Positions 25,939 through 35,082 are shown, counted from the stretch's first letter. The stretch is 58,650 nucleotides of DNA from Acidobacteriota bacterium (GCA_016178075.1 JACOUA010000305.1:1-58650); one strand, 5' to 3'. The notes: generated by a model not told the origin, from the sequence alone. Numbers and translations: made by a program.

Positions 25939-28101
25939 TCAACGACGGAGCAACCCCCTGTGGTTGCCCTCTCGCGTTCCTTTCCACAATACGATCAGGC
26001 CGGCGATCATGATTGCGGTACCGAAGGTCGTGAGGCGCCAGGACGGCATCTCCGATCCGCCAAGCCCCAACGCCTCGGCGATCCACCGCTCGTGGACAAT
26101 CGTCGCGATGAACGCGTTGTTCACCGCATGTGCCGTCATGCTGGCGAAGATCGAGCCGCTGCGCCACGCGAGCACGCCGAGCATCGCGCCGAGGAACACG
26201 GTCGGCAGCAGTCGGTAGATTGAGGCGTGCGCGACGCCAAACAGGAGCGCGGTGACGCCGACCGCCGCGGCTGGACCGAATCGTCGCAGCCCCGACATCA
26301 CCAGACCGCGGAAGAACAACTCCTCGCAGACCGCCGGCATCACGCCGATCAGCAGCCAGATGAGCCACAGCGGAAGCGGTTGATCCTTGAAGAGCACCAG
26401 GCGCTCCAGCGCGCGAACATATTCCTCCGGCGGTGGGAGCAGCCTCATGAGGACGCCGGTGGCGAACGTCCAGGACGAGAGTCCCAGCAGAATCGCGGCG
26501 ACGACACCCGCCAGCGCGGGACGTTTGACCAGCAGCGTCTCGCGCGGCGCGTAGCCAAGTCCGAACACGACTAGCGCGCCCGGTAGGAGAAAAAACCCGA
26601 GCTCGGTGGCCACCAGCGTCGTGATCGTCCCCGCCTGCTGCAGCAGCAAGCTCCCGTAGAAGGCCGACACCAGCGCGACCGCGAATGTCACGAGGGACAC
26701 CGCCGCCGACGGCAGCCGGCCGGGCCGGCGATCGAGGCCGAGCAGCGTCCGCCACGGCTCTCGTCCGCCCAGCAGAAGCTGCTCGTGCTCGAAGACGCTC
26801 GCCGCGAAGGTGACCGCGAGCGCCGCATAAGTGAAGGCCGAGACGAGCGTTAGGAACACCAGATCCGGCGGCGCCTCGTGCAGAAGGAGCGCCTTGATGA
26901 GAAGCGCAATGTTGATGACCGGCACGAACGCGGTCCACGCGTTCAGCTGGACTCCGGGCACCATCGTGACACCGGCTGGGAGCGCCAGCAGCATGTACAC
27001 AGGCATCAGGAAGTTCTGCCCGTCCTTGAAGTCTTTCGCCATCGCCGCGACGGCGAGAAACACCGCCGTGACGATGAAGGTCACCGGCACGAGCATGACG
27101 AACGCCAGCAGGTACGTGGACGGCCCGATCGTGACGGTGCCCGGCATGATCCGGCCCAGCGCGGCGGCGAGGCTGACGATATTGGCGAGCGCGGCGATGA
27201 GCCCAATGATCCAGACCGCGATGAACTTACCGGTGATGATTTCCGCCGATCCGATCGGCGCGCACAGCAGCGTCTGCATCGTGCCGCGCTCTTTCTCCCC
27301 GGCCGTCATGTCGATGGCCGGATAGAGTCCGCCGAGCAGCGACATGGCGATCAGCATGAACGGCAGGAACGTCCCAAGCGCCTGCCCCGTCCGCCGCTGC
27401 CGAGGGGCGACATTGGTCGCGTCCGCGCGGAGCGCGACCGAGAAGCCTTCATCCAGCCCACGCGCGCGCTGCCGTTGAAGGACGACGTCGCGGCGGAAGG
27501 TTTCGAGCGCGCGCCCGACACGCTGCCGCGCGAGCGTGGAGTTCTGATTCACCGAATCGAAGTACATCGACGCGCGACCCATCCGCCCCGCCTGCAGGGC
27601 GGCTTCGAGCCCTGGCCACAGGACGAGGATCGCATCGGCTCGACGCCGCAGTAACGCGTCACGGGCCGCCTGCGTCACGAGATCGTCGGGCTCGGTCTCC
27701 GCCCGACCGGCCTCGGTCGGGCGCGACTCTGCGGGGCGCGCCCCGCTCTCGCGCTCCGGCTGCGCGGGCGGCTCGGGAGTTTCTGAGGGAGGGACAATCG
27801 AGCCTTGATCGAACCGCCGGCGCAGATCCGGCGAGATCTCGGCCCAGGCGACCGGCTCGATGGTGCGATCAGCCTTCAGCGCGTCCACCAGTCGCGCGGG
27901 CGCCGCTCCCCACACCGCGACCGTCGACGCCCGCTCCTCGCGGGCTTCACGCTGCGATTCCTGCAGTTTGCCGAGACCGATGAACAGCAGCGGATACACC
28001 AGGACCGGCAGCCCGACCATCATCAGCAGCGTGCGCCGGTCGCGCAGCGTCTCCCGGATCTCCTTGCGGACGATGGTCAGGACGATGGAGGGTCTGAGCA
28101 T
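25939..28101 (-). CDS. ABC-2 (NatB-like) permease fused to a CPBP (CAAX/Abi) intramembrane protease domain
   Basis: N-terminus MLRPSIVLTIVRKEIRETLRDRRTLL is typical of NatB-type permeases. The C-terminal domain has CPBP motifs CEELFFRG, FGVAH and HAVNN. ATG 28101 preferred over track start 28149. Confidence 0.85.
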   Translation of the reverse strand: MLRPSIVLTIVRKEIRETLRDRRTLLMMVGLPVLVYPLLFIGLGKLQESQREAREERASTVAVWGAAPARLVDALKADRTIEPVAWAEISPDLRRRFDQGSIVPPSETPEPPAQPERESGARPAESRPTEAGRAETEPDDLVTQAARDALLRRRADAILVLWPGLEAALQAGRMGRASMYFDSVNQNSTLARQRVGRALETFRRDVVLQRQRARGLDEGFSVALRADATNVAPRQRRTGQALGTFLPFMLIAMSLLGGLYPAIDMTAGEKERGTMQTLLCAPIGSAEIITGKFIAVWIIGLIAALANIVSLAAALGRIMPGTVTIGPSTYLLAFVMLVPVTFIVTAVFLAVAAMAKDFKDGQNFLMPVYMLLALPAGVTMVPGVQLNAWTAFVPVINIALLIKALLLHEAPPDLVFLTLVSAFTYAALAVTFAASVFEHEQLLLGGREPWRTLLGLDRRPGRLPSAAVSLVTFAVALVSAFYGSLLLQQAGTITTLVATELGFFLLPGALVVFGLGYAPRETLLVKRPALAGVVAAILLGLSSWTFATGVLMRLLPPPEEYVRALERLVLFKDQPLPLWLIWLLIGVMPAVCEELFFRGLVMSGLRRFGPAAAVGVTALLFGVAHASIYRLLPTVFLGAMLGVLAWRSGSIFASMTAHAVNNAFIATIVHERWIAEALGLGGSEMPSWRLTTFGTAIMIAGLIVLWKGTREGNHRGLLRR

Positions 28102-28858
28102 GAATCGCCTTAGGATTCGGGATTCGGGATTCTTGCCCCTCCCTCGCATAGAGCAAGAACGTATCCGTCAGGTTACTGCGGCGCGAGCGCGCGAGAAGCT
28201 CCGACAGCGTGCCGGCATCGATGACGCGCCCGCGATGCAGCAGCACGATGCGGTCGCAGAGATACTCGGCTTCCCCCATCACATGCGTCGAAAACAGGAT
28301 CGTGCGGCCGGCCCCGCGCTCGCGGCGAATGGCTTGGACGATGAACTGGCCGCTCATCACGTCGAGCGCGGCCGTGGGCTCGTCGAGAATCAGCAGATCC
28401 GGTTCGTGCAAGAACGCGCGCGCGATGTTCGCGCGCTGTTTCTGCCCGGACGACAGCGAGCCGCAGGGGCGATCCAGGAACTCCTCCATCTCGAGCTCGC
28501 GCGCCAACTGGCCGACGCGTCGCGCGATCGCCTCGTCACCCATCACGTGCAGGCGGCCGAAGTACCAGAGCATCTCTCGCGACGAAAGACGCTGGTACAG
28601 TCGCGTGTCGCCCGACAGAAACCCCATGCGCCGCTTCGCGGCGATGCGCTGGCGAATCACGTCGACATCCCCGAGTCTCACCTCGCCCGCATCTGGCTCG
28701 AGGATCCCCGCCACCATCCGGAGCGTGGTCGTTTTGCCGGCGCCGTTCGGACCCAGGAGCCCGACGACCTCCCCCGGGTTGACGGCAAAGCTCACCTCAT
28801 CGACCGCGGTGATGCCGCCAAATCGCTTCACGAGACCCGTCGCGACGAGGGAGGGCAT
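27947..28858 (-). CDS. ABC transporter ATP-binding protein (NatA-like) with an out-of-frame-looking 3' extension
   Basis: Walker [10 protein letters not shown], signature LSSGQKQR, Walker B LLILDEPT. Homology ends near ..TDTFLLYAREG. The last ~50 codons run through a heptamer array and overlap the permease gene by 155 nt. Confidence 0.85.
   Translation of the reverse strand: MPSLVATGLVKRFGGITAVDEVSFAVNPGEVVGLLGPNGAGKTTTLRMVAGILEPDAGEVRLGDVDVIRQRIAAKRRMGFLSGDTRLYQRLSSREMLWYFGRLHVMGDEAIARRVGQLARELEMEEFLDRPCGSLSSGQKQRANIARAFLHEPDLLILDEPTAALDVMSGQFIVQAIRRERGAGRTILFSTHVMGEAEYLCDRIVLLHRGRVIDAGTLSELLARSRRSNLTDTFLLYAREGQESRIPNPKAIHAQTLHRPDHRPQGDPGDAARPAHAADDGRAAGPGVSAAVHRSRQTAGIAA
28112..28132. repeat. 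heptamer array (GGGATTC)x3 at the ABC ATPase/permease junction
   Basis: aggattc gggattc gggattc. On the sense strand this reads GAATCCC GAATCCC GAATCCT-AAGGCGATTC-ATG(permease). Confidence 0.95.
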
Positions 28859-28876
28859 GCCGGCGATTCTAAATCA

Positions 28877-28919
28877 AGCTCTCAGCTCTCAGCTATCAGC
28901 TCTCAGCTCTGCTCTCAGC
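28877..28919. repeat. heptamer tandem array (AGCTMTC)x6; GCTGAGA on the ABC-ATPase sense strand
   Basis: agctctc agctctc agctatc agctctc agctct gctctc agc. The array lies 18 nt from the ATPase ATG (28858). Confidence 0.95.
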
Positions 28920-29001
28920 GCACAGTTTCGTCTAAGATCGAAGTGGAGATCATCGTCGCGAGTCACCGCGGCGAGCGAGAGCGACCCGCCTCCGCTCTTC
29001 G

Positions 29002-29066
29002 AGCTTCCGCCTTCGCTGAAGCTACGGCGGACCGCCGAAGCCTTGGCGGAGGCTGGTCGGCGGGCA
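29002..29066. repeat. REP-like long palindromic element (CGGCGGACCGCCG centre)
   Basis: AGCTTCCGCCTTCGCTGAAGCTACGGCGGACCGCCGAAGCCTTGGCGGAGGCTGGTCGGCGG. About 85% identical by eye to the reverse complement of 35083..35148. Confidence 0.8.
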
Positions 29067-29084
29067 AGGCCGCTTGTCCGCCGT

Positions 29085-29142
29085 AGCCGTGGCGAAGGCG
29101 GATGGCAGGTCGTGGGGGTGGGGCCCCACGACAAACCCAAGA
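29085..29142 (+). repeat. leader-element copy directly upstream of the lhr start (plus strand)
   Basis: The plus strand reads GCCGTGGCGAAGGCGGATGGCAGG-GTCGTGGGG-GTGGGG-CCCCACGAC-AAACCCAAGA-ATG(29143). The core is more diverged, but the stem is perfect. Confidence 0.75.
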
Positions 29143-32100
29143 ATGACGAAGCCGGACGCCGCGCTGCACCTGTTTCATCCGGTCGTGCGCCAGTGGTTCG
29201 TCGACACGTTCGGCCGCCCGACGGCCGCGCAGGCGCAGGGCTGGCCAGCCATCGCGCGCGGGGAGTCGGTGCTGATCCTCGCGCCGACCGGCAGCGGCAA
29301 GACCCTCGCCGCCTTTCTCTGGTGCATCGAGCGGCTGATGTTCCAGCCCGTGCCGCCGCGAGGTGAACGCTGTCGGGTGCTGTACATCTCGCCGCTCAAA
29401 GCGCTCGCGGTCGACGTCGACAGGAACTTGCGCGCGCCGATCGCCGGCATCACGCAGGCCGCAGCCCTGCGCCAGGCTCAGGGCGCCCGGAGCTCGTCGA
29501 GGGACGAGGCGCTCGCCCAGGCCTTGTCGGTGCCGACCGTCGGGGTCCGATCCGGCGACACCCCCGCGACCGAGCGCGCGCGGTTTCAGCGCGACCCGAC
29601 CGACATCCTGATCACGACACCGGAGTCGTTCTACCTTCTGCTCACCTCCAACGCGCGCGAGGCGCTGCGCTCGATCGACACCGTCATCGTGGATGAAATC
29701 CACGCCCTGGTCCCGACCAAGCGTGGGGCCCACCTCGCCCTGTCGATCGAGCGGCTCGAGGCGCTCGCCGGCCGGCCGCTGCAGCGCATCGGCCTCTCGG
29801 CCACGCAACGCCCGCTCGACGAGGTGGCGCGCTTCCTGGGCGGCGTCGAATCGTGGCGTCCGGTATCAGCCGGAAGATCCTCGGCCAAGGGATCCTTCCG
29901 CCCGACGTCGGAACTCACGAAGACGATCGAGCGCGCAGCGGCCGCCCTCGAACACGATTTTGGCGATGCGGTCGCCAACGTCCGTTACCGACCCGTCACG
30001 ATCGTCGATGCGGGCTCCCGCAAGCCGCTCGAGCTCCTCGTCGAAGTGCCGGTCGAGGACATGGCGCGGTTGGGCGGCGAGGTGCGGCCGCCGATCGCTC
30101 CGCCGAGGGGCGCCCCGTCGACGTCCATCTGGTCGGCGGTTCACCCTCGGCTCGTGGACCTGATTCGTGCGCATCGATCGACGCTCATCTTCGTGAACAA
30201 CCGCCGGACGGCGGAGCGACTCGCAGCGGCGATTAACGAACAGGCCGCCGAGCCGCTCGCGCGCGCGCATCACGGCTCGCTGGCGCCGGCCCAACGATCG
30301 GAGATCGAGGAGGCCCTCAAAGGCGGCACGCTCCGCGCGCTGGTGGCGACCTCGTCGCTCGAGCTGGGGATTGACATGGGGGCGATCGATCTGGTGATCC
30401 AGATCGAAGCACCCCCGTCGGTGGCGAGCGGGTTGCAGCGCATCGGGCGGGCCGGCCATCGGATCGACGCGCCGAGCCGGGGGGTGATTTTTCCGAAGTT
30501 CCGCGCCGATCTCCTGGCCTGCGCGACGGCCACCCGCGCGATGCACGCGGGGCTGGTGGAGTCGTCGATCTATCCCCGCAACCCGCTCGACATCCTCGCC
30601 CAGCAGGTCGTGGCGATGGCGGCCATGGATCGCTGGCCGATCGACGAGCTGTTCGATCGCGTGCGGCGCGCCGCCCCGTTCGCCACCTTGAGCCGGGCGA
30701 TCTTCGAGAGCGTGCTCGACATGCTGGCCGGACGCTACGCCTCGGACGAGTTCGCCGATCTCAAGCCGCGGCTGACTTGGGACCGCATCCGCCAGACTAT
30801 CGTCGCGCGCGAGGGCGCGCGCCGTGTCGCCGTCGCCAACGCCGGCACGATCCCCGATCGCGGTCTCTACGGCGTCTTCCTCACACGCGGGTCGGAAGGG
30901 GCCCGGGCCGTGCGCGTCGGCGAGCTGGACGAGGAAATGGTCTTCGAGACCAAGGCCGGCGAGACGTTCGTCCTCGGCGCCTCCACGTGGCGCGTCGATG
31001 AGATCACGCACGACCGCGTGCTGGTGTCGCCCGCGCCCGGCGAGCCGGGCAAGATGCCGTTCTGGCGGGGCGACGCTGCCGGCCGCCCCATCGAGTTCGG
31101 CCGGCTGATTGGCACGCTCGTGCGCGAGCTGCTGCAGATGCCACCCGGTGCGGCGGTGAGGCGATTGGTCAAAGAGCATGACCTGGACGAGCGGGCTGCG
31201 GAAAACCTCGTTCGCTACCTCAAGGACCAGACGATCGCCACGGGCGCGGTGCCGAGCGACGACACGATCGTGATCGAGCGCTGCCGCGACGAGCTGGGGG
31301 ACTGGCGCGTCTGCGTCCTCACCCCCTTCGGCAGCCAGATCCACGCGCCGTGGTCGATGGCCGCGGTCGCGCAGTTCAAGGACCGCCGCGATGTCGATGC
31401 CGAGGCCATGTGGACGAACGACGGGTTCGTGCTGCGGGTGCCGGAGACCGACGAGGCCCCTGACGCCTCGCTCGTGCTGCCCGCGGCGAACGACCTCGAG
31501 GCGCTCGTCATTCGACGGCTCGGAGCCTCGTCGCTCCTCGCGGCGAAGTTCCGCGAGGCCGCCGCCCGCGCCCTCCTCCTGCCGAAGCGGCGGCCCGGCG
31601 GCCGCACGCCATTGTGGCAGCAACGAAGACGCGCGTCGGATCTGCTGGCAGCCACGTCGCGGTTCCCCTCGTTCCCCATCGTGCTCGAGGCGTACCGGGA
31701 ATGTCTGCGGGACGTGTTCGACATTCCGGCGCTTCGTGACACGCTTCAGCGCATTGCCGACGAATCGGTGAAGGTCGTCACCGTCACGTCGGATAAACCG
31801 TCACCCTTTGCGTCCGCGCTTCTGTTTGGGTACGTCGCGAAGTACATCTACGAAGGCGATGCGCCGCTCGCCGAGCGCCGCGCACAGGCGCTGACCATCG
31901 ACCAGGCACAGCTCCGAGAGCTCCTTGGCGACGCCGATCTCCGTGACCTGCTCGACGCGGACGCGACCGTCCAGGTGGAGCGCGAGCTCCAGTCGCTGGC
32001 TGCCGGCTATCGTGTCCGAACCGCCGACGGCGTGCACGACCTGCTGCTGCGTCTGGGGCACCTCAGTCTCGACGAGCTCGACGAGCGAACGGAGGGGCTT

Positions 32101-33936
32101 GCGCTGGCGAGCGCGCTCGACGAGCTCTCCCGAGCCTCGCGCGTCATCGGGCTGACGATGCCAGGGGCCACGGGCAAGACGCATGGGGCAGGTTCCGGAG
32201 CAGTCAGCTACATCGCCTCTGAAGACACGAGCCGCTATCGCGACGCGCTCGGGATCACGCCGCCGACCGGCGTACCGGACGCGTTCCTGCAGCCCGTCGC
32301 CGATCCGCTGCGCGACATCCTCCTCCGATTTGCCCGCACGCATGGGCCATTCGGGTTGGACGAGGTGATCGAACGGCTCGGGATCGGTCGTTCGGGCGCG
32401 AGCCGGCGAGCGATCGAAGCGGTGCTCCACGATCTGGTTGAATCCGGACGTCTTCTGGAGGGTGAATTCCGAGCGAGCCGAACGGGACGAGAGTGGTGTC
32501 ACACCGACGTGCTCAGGCTCGTCCGCCGACGCTCACTGGCCCGAATCCGGCGCGAGGTCGAGCCGGTCGCGCCATGTGTGCTCGGACGGCTGGTGACAAC
32601 GTGGCAAGGAGTGACGCAGCCACGACACGGGGCTGATGCGCTGCTCGACGCGGTGCACAGTCTTCAAGGATCGGCCGTGCCTGCCTCGGTGCTGGAGTCC
32701 GAGATTCTACCGGCGCGAGTCGAGGGCTACACCCCGTCAGATCTCGACGCGCTCGCGGCGGCCGGTGAGGTTGTCTGGTGCGGTGTCGAGCCGCTCGGCG
32801 ATCGTGATGGACGGGTCACGCTGTATCTGGCCGATCACGTTGAAACGCTGCGGCGTCGCTCCGAGCAGTCCGCGCCGGCATCGGATCGTGACGCGCGGAT
32901 TGTCCGAGCGCTAGAGCGACAAGGCGCGTCCTTCTTCGGCGACCTCCACCATGCATGCGGCGGCGGATTCCCCGCTGAGACGGTCGCGGCGCTCTGGCGT
33001 CTCGTTTGGAACGGTTTCGTGACGAATGACACCTTCCACGCTCTGCGCGCCTTCGTCCAGGGCGAGGCCCGCCCACGACACCGGCGATCCTCCCGCGACC
33101 CCGGCGCACCGAGCGTCACCTCGCGCCGCGCGATCCCGCCGGCGGCCGAAGGTCGATGGTCCCTCATCGGCGCTCGAGCGGCCGCCGCGAGCATCACGGC
33201 GACCGAATGGAGCGCCGCCACCGCGGCGCAGCTTTTGACCCGCTACGGGCTGGTGACACGAGAGGTCGCCGCGGCCGAAGGCCTGCCGGGTGGCTTCTCC
33301 GCCATCTACGACGTCCTCCGGCGCATGGAGGAGCGCGGGCGCGCGCGCCGCGGATACTTCGTCGAAGGCATCGCAGCCGTGCAGTTCGGGCTTCCCGCAG
33401 CCGTCGATCTTCTTCGCTCCCTCCGTCCCTTGCCGGATCAGCCGGAGGTGGCGGTCCTGGCGGCAACCGATCCCGCCAACCCATACGGAACGTTCCTGAA
33501 GTGGCCCGCGCCGGACTCAGGCGATCCATCGTCTGGACCGAGCTTCGCGCGGGCCACCGGCGCCAGCGTCATGCTCGTCAACGGCGCGCTCGCCGCATAC
33601 TCGAGGCGAACCAACCCGCAGCTCTGGACCTTCCTGCCGGAGGGCGAGCCCGAACGCACCACGACGGCGAGAGCGATCGCGTCGCGGCTTGCGGAGCTTG
33701 CCAGATCCGCCGAGGGAGGCGTGCTGATTTCGGCGATCAACGGCGCACCGGCCCCGGGGCATCCGCTGGCGCCATTTCTCCGGGCGGCCGGCTTCGTCGC
33801 CTCCGCGCTCGGCTACCACATCCCGCGCGGAACAGCCCTCCGGCTGATGAGGCCTGGACGGCGAGCGCCGAAGCTTCAAAGTTCTCCGTTCGCAGCGCTC
33901 AGAAGGCAGCCCGAGGAACCAGAGACCGACAGCTAG
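29143..33936 (+). CDS. lhr: ATP-dependent helicase Lhr (large helicase-related, long form with C-terminal domain)
   Basis: FHPVVRQWF..AQAQGWPAI..LILAPTGSGKTLAAFL, VDEIH, and SSLELGIDMG..QIGRAGH helicase motifs, followed by a roughly 700-aa C-terminal extension. ATG 29143 chosen because the track start 29074 lies in repeats. Confidence 0.9.
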   Translation: MTKPDAALHLFHPVVRQWFVDTFGRPTAAQAQGWPAIARGESVLILAPTGSGKTLAAFLWCIERLMFQPVPPRGERCRVLYISPLKALAVDVDRNLRAPIAGITQAAALRQAQGARSSSRDEALAQALSVPTVGVRSGDTPATERARFQRDPTDILITTPESFYLLLTSNAREALRSIDTVIVDEIHALVPTKRGAHLALSIERLEALAGRPLQRIGLSATQRPLDEVARFLGGVESWRPVSAGRSSAKGSFRPTSELTKTIERAAAALEHDFGDAVANVRYRPVTIVDAGSRKPLELLVEVPVEDMARLGGEVRPPIAPPRGAPSTSIWSAVHPRLVDLIRAHRSTLIFVNNRRTAERLAAAINEQAAEPLARAHHGSLAPAQRSEIEEALKGGTLRALVATSSLELGIDMGAIDLVIQIEAPPSVASGLQRIGRAGHRIDAPSRGVIFPKFRADLLACATATRAMHAGLVESSIYPRNPLDILAQQVVAMAAMDRWPIDELFDRVRRAAPFATLSRAIFESVLDMLAGRYASDEFADLKPRLTWDRIRQTIVAREGARRVAVANAGTIPDRGLYGVFLTRGSEGARAVRVGELDEEMVFETKAGETFVLGASTWRVDEITHDRVLVSPAPGEPGKMPFWRGDAAGRPIEFGRLIGTLVRELLQMPPGAAVRRLVKEHDLDERAAENLVRYLKDQTIATGAVPSDDTIVIERCRDELGDWRVCVLTPFGSQIHAPWSMAAVAQFKDRRDVDAEAMWTNDGFVLRVPETDEAPDASLVLPAANDLEALVIRRLGASSLLAAKFREAAARALLLPKRRPGGRTPLWQQRRRASDLLAATSRFPSFPIVLEAYRECLRDVFDIPALRDTLQRIADESVKVVTVTSDKPSPFASALLFGYVAKYIYEGDAPLAERRAQALTIDQAQLRELLGDADLRDLLDADATVQVERELQSLAAGYRVRTADGVHDLLLRLGHLSLDELDERTEGLALASALDELSRASRVIGLTMPGATGKTHGAGSGAVSYIASEDTSRYRDALGITPPTGVPDAFLQPVADPLRDILLRFARTHGPFGLDEVIERLGIGRSGASRRAIEAVLHDLVESGRLLEGEFRASRTGREWCHTDVLRLVRRRSLARIRREVEPVAPCVLGRLVTTWQGVTQPRHGADALLDAVHSLQGSAVPASVLESEILPARVEGYTPSDLDALAAAGEVVWCGVEPLGDRDGRVTLYLADHVETLRRRSEQSAPASDRDARIVRALERQGASFFGDLHHACGGGFPAETVAALWRLVWNGFVTNDTFHALRAFVQGEARPRHRRSSRDPGAPSVTSRRAIPPAAEGRWSLIGARAAAASITATEWSAATAAQLLTRYGLVTREVAAAEGLPGGFSAIYDVLRRMEERGRARRGYFVEGIAAVQFGLPAAVDLLRSLRPLPDQPEVAVLAATDPANPYGTFLKWPAPDSGDPSSGPSFARATGASVMLVNGALAAYSRRTNPQLWTFLPEGEPERTTTARAIASRLAELARSAEGGVLISAINGAPAPGHPLAPFLRAAGFVASALGYHIPRGTALRLMRPGRRAPKLQSSPFAALRRQPEEPETDS

Positions 33937-35036
33937 TCGCGTCCTTTATCCTTGACCCGTGCGCTGAGCGCCTTGGTCGCGCTCTTCCACCGTCGCTTCC
34001 GATCCAACCGCGCGAACTCGTCCGTCCGCGCCTCGAGCACCACCGCCTCGCGCTGCAGCTTGTGATAGTTCTCCAGCCGTTCGGCTGACAGCCGCCCATC
34101 CTCTGCTGCCTGCTTGACGGCGCATCGCGGCTCGTCGAGATGCCGGCAGTCCGCGAAGTGACAATCGACTGCCAGCGTGTCGATGTCGTCGAAGCGGTCG
34201 CGGACAACGGCCTGGTCCACGTCCCACAGCTGCAGCTCCCGCATCCCCGGCGTATCGATAATCAGGCCGCCCGCCGGGAGGACGATGAGCTCGCGATGGA
34301 TGGTGGTGTGGCGTCCGCGCTGGTCCCGCGGCCGGACCTCGCCGGTGCGAAGCCGGTTCTCGCCGAGAAGCGCGTTGATCAGCGTCGACTTCCCGACGCC
34401 CGACGATCCGAGGAGCGCGACGGTCTGCCCTTCGCGCAGGTACTGTCTGACGGCGTCCAGCCCCTCACGCCGCCTTGGGCTGAGGGCATGAACGGGCACG
34501 TGCGGCGCCAGTCGCTCGACTTCGCGGATCCGATCCGAGACATCGTCAGGGAAGAGATCCGCCTTCGTGAGCAGAATCGTCGGCGTGGCGCCGCTCTCCC
34601 AGGCGAGAACGAGCGCCCGCTCGATGCGGCGAAGGTTGAAATTGCGGTCGAGGCCCGTGACCAGAAACACGCGATCGATGTTGGCGGCGACGATCTGCTC
34701 TTCGGTCAGGGCCCCCGCGACCTTTCGCGAAAAACGGCTCTTGCGCGGGAGGATGGCGACAATGGTCGCTCGGCGGCGATCGCCTTCGACCGTCCGGATG
34801 GCGACCCAGTCGCCGACGGCGGGGAGCTCGTGGCGGCCGACGGCCTGATGTTTCAGCCGGCCGGCGGCCTCGGCGCGCGCCTCGCCGCTCGCGGTGTAGA
34901 CGCGGTAGATGTAGTTGAACTCGATGGCGATCCGGCCGGGGACGAGCCCCTCCGCGGCGAACGGCGCGAAGGCTTCGGCAAAAAACGGGGTCCAGCCGAG
35001 CTTTCCGAGCTTTCGATTGGTGTCGGCGTGCGCCAT
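33933..35036 (-). CDS. rsgA: ribosome small-subunit-dependent GTPase A
   Basis: Circularly permuted GTPase: NIDRVFLV, GSSGVGKSTLINALL, DTPGMREL, and zinc finger CHFADCRHLDEPRCAV. Confidence 0.9.
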   Translation of the reverse strand: MAHADTNRKLGKLGWTPFFAEAFAPFAAEGLVPGRIAIEFNYIYRVYTASGEARAEAAGRLKHQAVGRHELPAVGDWVAIRTVEGDRRRATIVAILPRKSRFSRKVAGALTEEQIVAANIDRVFLVTGLDRNFNLRRIERALVLAWESGATPTILLTKADLFPDDVSDRIREVERLAPHVPVHALSPRRREGLDAVRQYLREGQTVALLGSSGVGKSTLINALLGENRLRTGEVRPRDQRGRHTTIHRELIVLPAGGLIIDTPGMRELQLWDVDQAVVRDRFDDIDTLAVDCHFADCRHLDEPRCAVKQAAEDGRLSAERLENYHKLQREAVVLEARTDEFARLDRKRRWKSATKALSARVKDKGRD

Positions 35037-35082
35037 CGGGATGTTACCGCGCGCGGCGGACGGGCGCGCCCTTAGCCGGAAG

